The notes: generated by a model from the sequence alone, not told the origin. 64,000 nt of DNA from Phyllosticta citribraziliensis (GCF_038025025.1 NW_027117354.1:186001-250000), one strand, 5' to 3'; counted from the first letter of the stretch, positions 25,236 through 38,218 are shown. Program-made: numbers and translations.

Positions 25236-27308
25236 ATGGGGCTCTGGTATACGCTTGGGGTCGCCTTTTTTGCCGCGATCGGCACTTTTCTCTTTGTGGG
25301 TGTCCCGTCAGATGCATGAATTCTCTAACGGGAGGATTAGGGATTTGACACTGGCATCGCGACGACTAGTGGGTAGACCCTGCAGGATCATTTCTTCGCT
25401 TATACCTTGTAGCCATTGCACACCAAAGCTGGATTGATTATATGGGCAATCCTTCCGATGGCCTTACTGGAGCTGTAAGTATCCAGTCGATTCGGAGAAT
25501 ATGGCTTACATCTTAGGTGGTTGCGGTCTACATTGCCGGAGAAGCCCTCGGGGCCTTGACGCAAACATTCATCGGCGACAGACTAGGACGCATCCGCTTC
25601 ATGCAACTCATGTGTGCCGTTGTCACAGTGGGTACCGCAATTCAGACAGGAGCCGTCAACATTGGCATGTTTCTTGCCGGCCGCGTTTTGGCAGGCTACG
25701 CTGTGGGGTAAGGATTTTCTCTTTGTCGACTCCCAGGCTGACTGGTACAGTGGCATGGTAGCAACTGTGCCTATCTATCTAAGCGAAATCTCCGACCCAC
25801 AACACCGCGGCCTGATTGGCGGAATCTCTGGCTGTGGCATCTCGTTTGGGACAATGATGAGCAACTGGGTTGGATTTGCCTGTGGCTACGCTGCCTACGG
25901 CCCAACACAGTGGCGTTTGCCCCTCGGCGTTCAAATTCCATGGGTGAATACATCTTCAAAACCAAATGGAGCTAGTCTAACAAGTACATGCAGGGCATCA
26001 TCATGTTTGCTGGGCTGGCATCCTTTATGCCAAACTCCCCAAGGCATCTCATAAGGAGTGGAAAGATTGATGAGGCAAAGATTGAGTTTGTCAGGATCCG
26101 GAGAGATTTGTCAAGCCACGAGGTCCAACAGGAATTTTCCCTTATGCGGGGCCAGATTGAGTTTGAGATGCGCCGCGAAATTAAGAGTATCAAGGAGATT
26201 TTGCGCCATTATCGCCATCCCGCCTTGGTGTGAGTGGGTCCATCAGACATGGACGCAGGGCTGATTTGGCCAGATCCATTGCGGTGCAGACCATGACGAG
26301 CCTTACGGGCGTCAACGTCATTCAGGTATGTTGGCCAAATGTTACCTGCGAATCGAGGCTGACGCTGCACAGTACTACCAAAGTAAGGCTACCTTGTGCT
26401 TGGAGGATTGACTGACACGTGTAGCAATCATCTACAAATCTCTGGGAATCGACTCCCACACCATTCTCGCTCTGGCGGCTGTATACGGAACAGTGGCCTT
26501 TATATCGAACGTCATCACGACCAAATATCTCACCGACCAATGGGGCCGCCGACCGTAAGTCCTCCTCCCTGGGTAGACTCTTCGCTGACCAGTGTAGCAT
26601 GATTTTGACGGGAATGGCTGGCATCATCGTAATTGAAATCTACGCCGCCATCATGCTGCATTTCTTCCAAAACACAGACAACAAGGTCGGCAAGGGTTTT
26701 GCCATTCTCGGAATCTACCTGTTTGTCGTCTGCTACAGTGAGTATTCCTGAAATGAGTAGGACAGGGCTGATTCAAGAAGATGGTCTGCTGAATAGCACA
26801 ACCTGGTTGTACGGCGCCGAAGTGCTGCCCATCGCGCTGCGAAGCAAAGTCATGGGTTTGGCCGCGGCGTCACACTTCATCGTCAACGTGGGAGGTATGC
26901 ACATCTCTTGCTTTCAACTGAATTCGAATTGACATGCCCAGTCACCGAGGCCGGTCCATCCGCTTTCGCAAATATTCACGAGAACTACTACTACGTCTTC
27001 GTGAGCTGCACGCTCTGCTTCCTGGTTATCGCCTATCTCTACTTTCCGTGAGTCCTTCCTGGCGCTGAGCCCACCCTGCCGGCTGATGTCTGACGGTGGA
27101 CAGGGAAACAAGACACAAAACTCTCGAGGAAATTGGCGCCGCATTTGGCGAGAGTGTCGTCAAGATCCACGAGGATGGTGTTGTTACGGAGCCGCTCCCG
27201 ACGACTGCAGCAGATGACGTGGAACGCGAGCAGACGATGCCGACAAAGTCGATGGTAGACGCTCTGGAAATTGTTGGGTCGGCCTCCAAGTCGAACGGCG
27301 TGGTGTAG
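25236..27308 (+). CDS. MFS sugar porter family transporter, highly fragmented (about 12 introns)
   Basis: AAIGTFLF|GFDTG, GDRLGR, GRVLAG, PIYLSEIS, WRLPLG, PNSPRHL, QTMTSLTGVNVIQ|YYQ, DQWGRR, WLYGAEVLP, P|ETRHKTLEEI. Confidence 0.92.
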
Positions 27309-27631
27309 GTGTCGGTGATGCGACAACCTCGTCTGCTTATCAAGGCGCTCTCAAAGACTGGCACCTCTTGGTACATCCGCAGTCCCAGGATGCCATCTTT
27401 GCCGCCCTGGCGTTTTCTCTCGCTAGGCGTTCTCTGGTAGCTGTTCCAACCAAAAGTGAATTTGTACACAGGATGGATTCTGGCCTGTCGAATAGCTTGA
27501 ACCCAGTCCGCGTCCATATCACCAGTGAGGTGTGCAACCATATTCCCGGCGTGTAATCAGGGCGCTGACGTCCCAGCTCTTCAACGCCGACTGGCCAAAA
27601 GTCGAAATGAATCTAATCAAAGCAACCCTCG

Positions 27632-29761
27632 TCACAAAGACATGATCAACCAACTCAACTCTTCTCCTCTCAACCCCTCAGCTGCATGCTCATTCAGCGC
27701 CGTATGGATCGCTCTCTTCTCCCACGAAGGCAGTTTATCGTTGCGCCAGAGCGCTGGGTAATCCGTATGCCGCACTCTTGCCCCACTCTGCAGCAAGAAC
27801 CTGACGAGATCGAGTGCTAGGTTTTGTCTTGAGCACGCTACGGAGAGTGGCGATTGGCCGCTTGCGCTAACGGTGTTGATATCTGCGCCGTGCTCTGCCA
27901 ATGCACGGATTAGAGCGATTGTGTCGTCAATCGAGTTGGCCGTCTGACACGCCTTCAGAATCAACGACTCTTTCGTCTTGGTCGACACATTAACGTCGGC
28001 GCCGTGCTTGATCAGTGCTTCCACGACGGCCACGTTGGGCTTCTCCAGTGCGAGGTGCAACGGTCGTTCGTCTTGAGCCGTCTCTGCTTCGGCATCTGCC
28101 CCCGCTTCAACCAAGGCTTCGACGACGCCGCTGTGAGAGTTCTTGACGGCGAGGTGGAGTGGTCGATTTTGGTTGTCCGCTGCTGCTTCTACGTTGGCGC
28201 CGGATGCGACCAGATTCTGAACGACCTGTGTGTGTCCTTGGCTTGCTGCGTGGTGCAACGGCGTCCACATTTGACTCGAGGGCGCTTCGATATCGGCTCC
28301 TGCACCAACAAGCAGCGGGACAAGCAGAGAATGACCAAACTTGGCGGCGTAATGCAGCGGTCTCATACCCGCAGCGTCCGGAGCATTCTTGTACGCTCCA
28401 GCTTCGAGTAGCGCCCGGACAGCTTTTGTTTGGCCGTGTTGACAGGCTAGATGGAGTGGCGTCTGGTTGTTTTTGTTGGCAGCATCTATCGCTCGCCCGC
28501 TTCTCACAAGAGACCAGACTGCATGTTCGTCTCCTCCCGTCGCGGCGCAGTGGAGTGGTATCGAGCCGCTGTCATCTTTAATCAGGGGATCCGCACCAAG
28601 CGATATCAGCAGCTCAATACATTCATTGCTGACACAGCAGTGCAGTGGCGTCTTTCCGGCGTCCGCTTTAGCATTGACGTTTGATCCAAGCGACACAAGT
28701 GTCCTGACGACGTCGAGATGGTTTGCCTCTACGGCCAGATGCAAGGGCGTGACTTCGGGTCTGCGCAAAGACTCAAATCGCCGCTTTGGAAGCGCTGTCC
28801 AGGACTTGATTGACGGGGACGAATCCTTTCGGTACCTGCTGTTGACATCTGTCCCTGATCCAGCAAGTCGAATCACTTCCGCGGAATCTCCTCGTTGTGC
28901 CGCATCGCAAATCTCCTTGGGAAACGTTGATCGTCGTCTTGAAAGCTTCCAAATTGACCGCTTTCCATCCGATTTTATCGAAGATCCGCTCGAGTTGGCC
29001 GAGCTTGAAGAAGCGAGCGATAATCCAGCCGTTGATGCTCTGGCGTCTGAGCTTGTCGTCCTTGAATGTCGTGTACTGTTTTGTGGAGATCGTTGGAACA
29101 CCGCTCGATATGCGCTGGAATCGATGACTTCGTTATCGAATCCGAATCGCGGCGAGTCCAAGGGCGATAGTTCATCTGCCGATTCCCCAAAGACAGTCGT
29201 GCTTTGTCGTATCGACGGAGTGTAAACTGATGCCTGGTCTTGGGCTTTCCTGAGTGTTGTTCGGTTCTCCAAATTCTCCAAAAGCACGCGCTGCTGGGTT
29301 TGCGACTTGCTGCATCAGCCGTTAGGCATGAAAGACTGACTGAAAGGTCCGACTTACAGGAGAATGACATTCAAAAGAATTCCAAGCGCAGCAGTCTGAC
29401 TGTCCAAACTCTGCTGGTGCATGAGGAACTGGCCCTCGTCCCAGATGAAACGGATCTTGCCCCCCAGCCAACCAGACTTGACGCGGAGGACATGGCTTTC
29501 GACCTCACGCACGACAATCTCACACGATTCGATGGCCGTCCTGAGATCCGTCACGACTTGTGGTGAGATGTTCTGATCCGAGTGCAACCATGACTGAAGC
29601 TGCGATATCGTCGCCCTTATGGTCCCCAGACGCGCCAGAATCAACGAGACTTGCTTGTCGGTGTGTTTTGCCTTGGCGATGATTTCATTCAACTCTCGAG
29701 ACGTTCGAACAATGGCAGTCAAGCAGGCGCCAGTGACCGAAATCACGGATGCGGGGTCCAT
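27632..29761 (-). CDS. HeLo-like (Helo_like_N/SesA-type) N-terminal domain plus ankyrin-repeat protein
   Basis: MDPASVISVTGACL...L..I...ISQLQSWL...L...IESC..V...KIRFIWDE...SLDSQTAALGILL. Intron 29310-29357 joins in frame (L|KSQTQQRVLLENL). A Ser-rich linker precedes about 11 ankyrin repeats (TPLHLA, TPLHCC, PLHCAA, RPLHYAA, TPLHHAA, RPLHLA). Confidence 0.88.
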
Positions 29762-30165
29762 GCTTGCTGCGACTTCATTTCGAAGAGTCGGATGTTGGAG
29801 AGCAGAGGTGGGAGCAAGGCTGCCGGCGCGTAGGTGACGACGGGCACCGAGAGTGACTGGGGGCGAGATTGGCCAATCAGCAGAGATATAATCACAACAG
29901 GATCCACAGGCTCGGGGTCCAGACAATTTGTCCAAACAGGGAGGTATATTGCTATTCCCGGTGATGCAAACGGATTGTTTCTGCGGAACTGGGTCCACAT
30001 GAGAGCTGCATCAGTCCCCGGAGCAGTCTTGACGCCGGTAGATCAAGCTTCAGTCCCAAAATGGAGAATGCTGTCGTCTTGGTCCAGAAATAGAGCACAA
30101 GGGTCAAGTCGATCAAGCGGAACCATACACGCGCCAATGGCGAGTAAATTCAATTGCACACTACA

Positions 30166-31923
30166 TCAAGTCCGCCTCCTCGCAAGGATTGGAACTGGAC
30201 CCCACGGTTGTTGAACTCCAAATCCGAATGTTCGCCAGTTCATCTGCATTGCTTCCCGACTCGCAAGCACTTGAATGTCAAAGTCACGCACAATAATGGC
30301 GCATGTCAGCAGTAACTGCTTCTTTGCCAAATGACGCCCCGGACACATGGACTCTCCGCCACCAAAGGGGATCCACGACCCCGCAAGAGATGGGCCCAGC
30401 TGAAATTGTGGCCCGTGCCGCTTCTCCGCTTGGTCGTTTGGCGCTGTTCGCTTGGTGGGTCCGCTGAATGGTTCGCCAGGGGAGACCAGAAACCTCTCGG
30501 CCCAGAAAGTGTCCAATGGATGCGCTTTGAGATAACCCTCGTTCCATACGGCTGGATCTCTGTGGGCTGGGGTGGATGAGATGAAAATAGTACTACCCTC
30601 TGGCACATGCCAGTCCTGGGTCGTGAGGCTGGCACCTCCACTTGACCGGCTAATGTACGTGTTGACGCGCAATCGCAGCGTTTCGGCAAAGATGGACTGC
30701 AGAAGAGGCTGGCGAACAAGCCTTTGCGTGTCAAAGCCTGATGCCGAGTCGCTTTGACAAACTGCAACCTCGTCACGCACGCGTTGCAGAAGGTCGCGAT
30801 CCCGAAAGATTTCGAGAATCGACCAAAATATGGCCAAGACAATGTTGTGGTTGAAACTGAGACGTCAGTTGGTTGGCGGTGTTTGACATTGGTAGACTTA
30901 CCCCCAAAGCGCAGCAAAGTCTTGTGCTGCAATCGCGTCGTGGTCGTAATTGTCCACTTGCAGCATTTCTTGGTGTCTCTCCCGGAAGAACTTGCAGCCC
31001 CACACCCTGTCCGTTTCCCCGTCGGCGGAGACGTCAGACTCTGTCCAAGACTCCCGTGCAATTCGATGCCACTCCTTGACAGATGCAAAGAGAGAGTCTC
31101 GAAGCGCGTGTGCCCTTGGGTTCATGAATCTTGGAAGACCCTTAGACATCCACGGGAGGCAGGAACTGTAGTCCCAGAATTTTTGAGCGAACCCGGGGTC
31201 GACAGAGAGAAGAATCGGGCCTGCCATCGTGTCCAGACAAGCATTTGTGACGTCAATCTTGAACCACTGCAAAAAGTCGTCGACGGCTGTCCATTTCTCG
31301 TTTACGTTGAGTTCTAGGATGCGATTGGACAGATTCTGTTCGAATCGTTGAACCAATGGTCCAAGTCCAGGACCAGTGAGTAGTTTGGCCAGTCCCCGGT
31401 GAGTGATGAAGTTGATTCGATTGTGGGGCTCAGTCGTGCTGGTTTCGCTCGGCTGAGGCGCGATCCCCGAGTCATCCACCACGTACATGTTGCTGGCCTT
31501 TGCTGGCATGGCGAAGAATTTGCGCAGCACAAAAATAAAGGTGGCGCTTGAAGACGATGAGGAGGACTGCTTCAAGACCTTTTTGATGTTTTCCACTCCT
31601 TGGATGAGAAAGATCTTTTGCGTAAAGAGGTTGACGCGGACGGGGTGTTGTTTGCCATCGTGCTCGCTGCGGAGGTCAGCTCGATTCCCGAATTTGCAAA
31701 AAGAAACTTACACAGCATCTGACACAAACTTTACTGGGTCCCACAAGAAAGAGAAACAGTTCCCAAGAAATGGAGTGATGTATGGCACTGTAGGTGGTAC
31801 CCGGGCCTTCTTCGAAGCTTTCAAAGCATACTGAAAGGCTAACCAAGTCACGGCATACTGCACTTGGAAGGGTATTGAGAGAAGAAAAAGAAAGCCGCAG
31901 ATGTCGCGAATGGTAACCGACAT
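30166..31923 (-). CDS. Cytochrome P450, CYP7/CYP8-like group (sterol 7-alpha-hydroxylase / prostacyclin synthase-like)
   Basis: N-terminal anchor then PPTVPYITPFLGN; ETLR (ExxR); FWAERF; heme motif FGGGESMCPGR; two introns. Confidence 0.93.
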
Positions 31924-32474
31924 GGTGGATGTTGTGGTGAATTGAGATGTCTTTTCCACTCTTTATATGCTCTGGCGCTCCATGCTGTTGTCCAGTCTGC
32001 ATTCCATTTTTGGTACGCACTCGACCTCAAGGCTGATCTCATGATTCTTGCCGATTGTGCCTGCACCCTGGCAAGATGGGGTGTTGCAGTCCGTCTAGGT
32101 ACATTGTCCGAGCTGACATCTTGGGGTCTGTCTGGCGCAGCAAGTCGATGTAGCTGAATGCGTGGGGTCCAATTCAAGAGTCGAGTATTCAACACGCGGT
32201 TGGTGTAGCAGCATCGGGACGACATGGAAGTGGGTCGAGGCGCGGTTCGTGCTGACCTGTCTCCTGCAAACAAGCGAATTCCGTTAGCGCGAGGCATGAC
32301 CACGCTTTGCTTTCATCGAGACAAGGCAGTGCAGTTGATTTTTGATTATGCACGTCTGACTGTCAAGCTGGAAATGGAAAAGAGTCCGCAGTCCACGATC
32401 GACCAGATGGGGCGGGATGGATAGTATAATGGACGCGACGGCTGACTTGTTCGTCCGATTTCAACTGTAGCAAA

Positions 32475-33664
32475 ATGTCGTTCTTCTCATCGATTCCAAC
32501 GGGAGGTGCTGTGACCGGGGCTGAGCGAGAGCATGTCATCAAGACGATTGGCTTCATCCACTATGATGGTTACTTGGTGAGTTTTTGGGTCGCGAGTTTT
32601 CAGCGCTAACGAAATCAGATTGGAGTCTCGGTCATGTGTGGCATCACCATCGCCACGACCATTGCGCGAATTGCAATCCGCTTCATGACTCGACGGAGAC
32701 TGTTCCTGGACGACTACTTTTTGATATTCGCCGCCATCTGCATCATCGTCGCAACGAGCATGCTTTGGTGGTGGGGAGAAGGCCTTTACCTGTACTGGGC
32801 CATTTCTCTCAAACCTCAAATCGGCATCGAACAAGGCGAGCTGTCCAAACTGCTGGATGGAAACATGATCATGTCGGTCTACGTTCCATTCGTTTGGACA
32901 GCGACATATTCCATCAAGCTTTCGTTCCTGTCGCTGTTCAAGGTCTTGATTCGCAACGTTTCCTCCCACCTGACGAGATACTTCTGGTTCGTCGTCGCCT
33001 TGACCATCGTCTCTTGGGCGTTCTCCGTCATCGAAAGGTTCCTCCTTTGCCATTATTACGGGGTGGATACTGGTAAGTGGATCAAAGACTGCAGGATGAA
33101 GCTGACTTGAGCAGTAAAATGCTGGAATCCAAGCTCTGCGCTTTATACGTCCTTGACGACGCTGGTGAATTTGCTTGACATTATCACCGACATCCTCGGT
33201 AAGAGTTTCCGTGTCGTGGTGATTTTTGCTAATTGGTAGTCGTCACTTTTCCAATCAAAATCCTGAGCAAGTCGCAAATGGACAGAGGCCAAAAGTTTGG
33301 CTTGGGCGCCTTTCTGTGTCTGTCGATTGTCATGATTCTCATCACCTTGGTACGAGTGCTAGGCGCCATCCGAAAAGGCGAGTCCCAGCTCGACGTCACT
33401 TGGGAAATCTTTTGGCAGTCGATGGAGGGATGCGCTGCAATCATTGCGGCCTCGGCGACTGTCTTTCGGACAGTGTTCTTGAGGAGCAAGCACGCATCTG
33501 AAGAGCGACGACGCTATCCAGAGGACAAGCAAGAAAGCGTCGAGTCCGGATCGGAATCGACTGAGCCCCCTCGGCTTCCCCCACCGACGATGCTAAGATC
33601 AACTCTGGGGGACGTGCGATCCTTCATCGAGAGAAGTGCGCGTGAGGACCGCGAGAGGCTATGA
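32475..33664 (+). CDS. PTH11-like integral membrane protein (fungal rhodopsin domain, no CFEM)
   Basis: ARIAIR...RRLFLDDYFLIFA, YSIKLSFL.LF, LDIITDIL, FPIKIL...QKFGL..FLCLSI, W..MEGC.AII.AS; three introns. Confidence 0.9.
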
Positions 33665-33860
33665 GGATGAATTAGGTCGACGGGTGGCTGGATGGCGGGA
33701 GGATGACGGGAGGATTCGGGGCAAATATGCAGCTGGAAATATGTTGTCAGCAGGGTGGATAAGTGGGACTGCATCGACAGGGGTGTGCGACTGCCCCTTG
33801 TCACTCACATAATTTGTTGAAAAGCAGACTTGACCCGTCAAATTAAGATGCAACATCAAA

Positions 33861-35565
33861 ATGTCTTTCATCCTATTTGCCTCGCTCGGGGCGTTGGTGT
33901 ACGTCTTTGTGACGGCGTACCGCTCGCGAAAAGTGGTGAATGATTTGCGCAAGCAGGGCATGGTAAGTTGAAGCTCTGGTTGATGAAAAATGCTGACTTT
34001 CTAGCCAATGCCAACATTCAGTTGGTTGTCTGGCCACATGCTCGTCGTCAAGGAGAATCTGGAAAAGTTCCCAATCGATGCCGTCCACAACTACAGTTTC
34101 GCGCGCATGTCGCAGGCGTTTCGCAAGGACAAGATGTTCTATCTCGATTTTTGGCCAATCAGTACGCCATTCTTGGTCATTACCAACCCGTATACTGCCT
34201 CGCAAATCACGCAGAACGTGAGCGCGGAAAAGCCAGAGGCAGTGACGAGCGCTTTTGTGGCCATGACGGGCGGACCAAATTTGTTGTCCATGCCAGAACA
34301 ACAATGGAAGAGATGGCGCTCCATTTTTAGCCCTGGGTTCAGTCCGGCACACATGCTGTCGCAAGTTCCAAAAATTGTCGAGCACACTGCCCTCTTTTGC
34401 AAAGGGTTGCAGGGCCTTGCGCAGGACGGAAAGCTGTTCCAACTGGAGGAGGCGACTTTCCGATTGACGCTTGACGTTATTGGAGCCGTGTCTCTGTAAG
34501 GATCTTGGAATCTCTGGCGAAGAGGAGCTGACAGTCGACAGTGATGCACACTTCAACTACCAAACCAGCGAGAATGAGTTTGCCGAAAGACTCCGATCAA
34601 TAGTCGAGTGGACCTCGTTCGGTGGCGAAATCAATCCATTCAAGAGGTGGAATCCTCTCCGGCCGCTGGCAATCTGGTACAATGGTCGTTTCCTGGACAA
34701 GCTCATCCACGCCGAGCTCGATAGACGTTTTGCAGAGCGCAAGGCCGCACTGGAAAAGCCCACTGAGACGGGAGCAAAATCCGTCGCATCCCTGGCCCTC
34801 GACAATTACATCAAGGACCATGTCAGTGCCGAAACCGAGTCGATTGATCCAACGTTCAAGTTGTACGCGACGGCGCAGATTCGCATGTTTTTGGTGGCAG
34901 GACACGACACAACTAGCAGCGCCATCACCTACGCCTTTCACCTGCTGTACACCAATCCGACAGCCCTCGCAAGCATCAGATCAGAGCACGATACGGTCCT
35001 CGGCGCTGATCCAGAAGTTGCGGGCGAGATGCTCTCTCAAGATCCTGGACTTTTGAACCAGCTTCCGTACACAGTTGCAGTCATTAAAGAGGTACTTCGT
35101 CTGTTCCCTCCGGCTGGCGGAATTCGAATGGGATCCTCCGATATTGTTTTGAGCACCGAGGATGGAAACCGTTACCCCACTGCGAATTGCAGTGTCTGGA
35201 TACTCCATGGTGCCATACAGCGGGACCCAGACTACTGGCCTCGACCCGAGGAATTTCTTCCGGAGCGATGGCTGGTAGGTCCGGATCACGAACTCTACCC
35301 CCGAGTCAAAGGTGCATGGAGACCGTTCGAACTTGGCCCCAAGAATTGCATTGGACAGACGCTGGCAATGACGGAGATAAAGACAGTACTGGCCATGACG
35401 GTGCGGCAGTTTGACATGAAGCCTGCATACGACGAATGGGATCGTCTGCATCCTCATGCGGGCATCAAAGCAGCAAACGCAGAGCGAGCTTACCAGGTAG
35501 ATGGTGGCGGAGGTGGCCTGCACCCTGCAAACCGATATCCGTGCCGCGTAGCCTGTCGGGGTTGA
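33861..35565 (+). CDS. Cytochrome P450 (StcS/AflN-like family)
   Basis: N-terminal anchor, PMPTFSWLSGH, FYLDFWP, FLVAGHDTTS (I-helix), KEVLR, FLPERW, heme motif FELGPKNCIGQ; two introns. Confidence 0.94.
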
Positions 35566-35973
35566 GTGGGGGCGATGTTGGTTTTGGCCCCAGGCAGGGG
35601 ATGTTGGCCCCCATGATGCACGTCTCTTGCATTTTGTATTGGAGTTGCACTAATTCGGCGTCTAAAATACTCCAATCATGTCGCAGTCGATCCCGTCCGT
35701 CTTTCTCTTGAGATATTTGTTGATAATGCAAGCCTTGGGCCCTGAGATGGGATTCTGGAAACATCCTGTTAGGCTCTGGACAGACCTTCGATAAGATGAT
35801 AAGCGTGGGTCCAAGGAAAAAAGGCAGCAATCGCCAGCACGTTGGCCACCTGTTTCAACATGAATGGCCCAATTCTGTAGGCAGCGATGGTGTCACACGC
35901 TGAATCCGAATAGAAATGCCTCCATCCACGACTTGGGAGGGTAACACGACTTGTTCTGAATCACCAATTCATC

Positions 35974-38218
35974 ATGGCCGGCCTCCCAGACTGGTTCGTC
36001 ACCAAGAATGCGAGGACTCCGAAAGACCTCGAGAATGAAAAGCCTCGTCTGTCAATTTTGAACCTCCAACGAAAGTCCAAGAAGGACGACGAAGCAAGCC
36101 CATCCCTGGAGTTCGGAGACGGATGTGAATATGCAGTCTCGCAGTATCTGTACGAAGAAGCGTACGATACGGTGGCGTCGACTTTCGTTCGCGATGCGCA
36201 AAATCATTTGCAGGCAAGCAAAGGCAGCATCCTTCTCAGCTCCAAGATGAAGGGCGGCATGGAGTTTCTCGACTCTTTTATCCATCATCTTGCCAAGGAT
36301 CTCGAGTCCAGCTTGATCATCATCGAATTGGAAGATCTCGTCGACTTGGGGTGGGAATTAGATCAGCGCGAGAACAGCTCCCTGGGATGGACCCTGGAGG
36401 AATCGACACTCGAATTTCCAGATCGTCAAATACCGTTCGGACCGGCATACCATTACTTTGCTGGCCGCAGTCATCGCAGAGCATCTAGCGAGTCTTGGAA
36501 CCGGAACATGAGAGTGCTTTCCACCATTCTTGATTGTTCCAGGGCTGAGGACTCATCTCGAGCTCCAGTTATCGTCCAGGTGCGGGATACGAAACGTATG
36601 ATGGACGCAGACAGAGGTCCCAAGATTCTTGCCAGACTGAGAGACTGCGTGGAGAGAAAACGGCAGTCTGGCGAAACCATCACAATAGTTGCCACGTTGT
36701 CCCATCTTGGAGCGCCGGAGGATGATTGTGACTGTTGGATATGCGAAGGGGCAGAGTCGAGCAGTAGCTGCAGCTGTTCTTCCTGCAGTAGCTCCGGAAC
36801 ATACGGAAAGTTGAAGCGGAAGATTGGCGCAACAAGGGCATCAACAATAATCGTTGACGCTTCGGATGTCTCTCCTGCGGGCGGAAAAGACTTGGGAGGC
36901 TCCGTCTCTCGCGTGAATGTTCGACAACTGAAGCGCTTGCTGCGATTGAGGATCTCGAATTGCTTTGCTCTCAAGACTCTGCTTCCGGATGCAGACTGGG
37001 AGGAATTGGGCCTCGAATCCTTGGGAAACTCAATCTGGACAGAAGGGGAGATGGAGAGAGCAGTGGCCCGCATCAAAGGAAGAGCATGGAAAAAGCCTTT
37101 ACTGGACCTTGATGATGTTCGAGTCGTCTTGAAGCGTCTTGAGATGGTTCATGATCCTGAAAACGACGGCAATCGACCAGATGCTGAAAAGGGCGGAGGC
37201 GGAGGTCCTCTTGGGAAAAAGTGGAAACAAAAGCTCGAGGACATCAAATCCACCTGCAATGAACACGAAAAAGAGCTTATTGACGGTGTAGTCAAGCCAG
37301 GTATGTTGACTGACAAGAATGCTTTATGGCCGCTGACATTCTGCAGAGGATCTCCAGTCCAAGTTCGACGACGTCATCATTGACGAAGAAGTCAAAGAGA
37401 CGATCAAGTTTTTGACCTCCATGTTCAAATTCCGAGCCGAGACGACGTCGCATTTCCTCCTTTCCCAGATCCAGATAAAGGGCGCACTGTTGTACGGGCC
37501 ACCCGGGACGGGCAAAACGCACTTCAGTCGCGCGATTGCCAAGGAAAGCGGAGCAAGCATGCTTTCGATTGATGGATCCCAAGTCACGTCGATGTGGGTT
37601 GGTGAGACGGAAAAGTATATCAAGGCGGCCTTTACTCTCGCCACCAAGCTTGCTCCGTGCGTCTTGTTCATTGACGAGGCAGACTCTCTCTTCAGGCGCC
37701 GATTATCTGGAGACAAGTCTTGGGAGCGCGGTTCAATCACCCAGTTCCTGACACTGATGGACAGTGTCAAACAAAAGCCAAAAGGAGACGCCCCTTTCGT
37801 GTTGGTCGCAACGAACAGGCCAATGGACTTGGACGACGCGTTTCTACGTCGCCTGCCCCAAAAGGCAATGATAGGATTGCCCTCGCAAGAGTCCAGGTCC
37901 AAGATATTGCGGTTGTTTCTGAAACGGGACGACTTGGATCCGGAGACCAATATTGACAGTATCGCCGAGCAGACTGACGGATACTCGGGATCAGATCTAC
38001 GCAGCCTTTGTGCTGAGGCAGCCTTGCTGTGGGCTATTGAGCAACAACAAACCAAGGACAGAGGACAAGAGAGCCCTGTCAAGGTTAAGCTGACCAAGTC
38101 CCATTTTGACCGAGCACTGGAAAGCATACGGCCGACAGTCTCCAAACAGTCGCTGAGAGAGCTGGAGGAGTTTGATCGACGCTTCAGCGCAAAAGCCCGC
38201 AAGGTGAGGCCGAATTAA
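35974..38218 (+). CDS. AAA+ ATPase of the Msp1/spastin (meiotic) clade; probably the N-terminal half of an AAA-HET fusion
   Basis: Intron 37301-37346; Walker A GPPGTGKT, pore loop SMWVGE, Walker B VLFIDE, ATNRPMDLDDAFLRRLP, GYSGSDL. The stop at 38216-38218 lies inside a predicted 47-nt intron. Confidence 0.9.

Noticed and set aside
28900..29300. Amyloid signalling motif (HET-s PFD, PP or sigma type) in the HeLo-like protein linker
   Set aside because: The linker is Ser/Arg-rich without the N/Q/G pseudo-repeat pattern.
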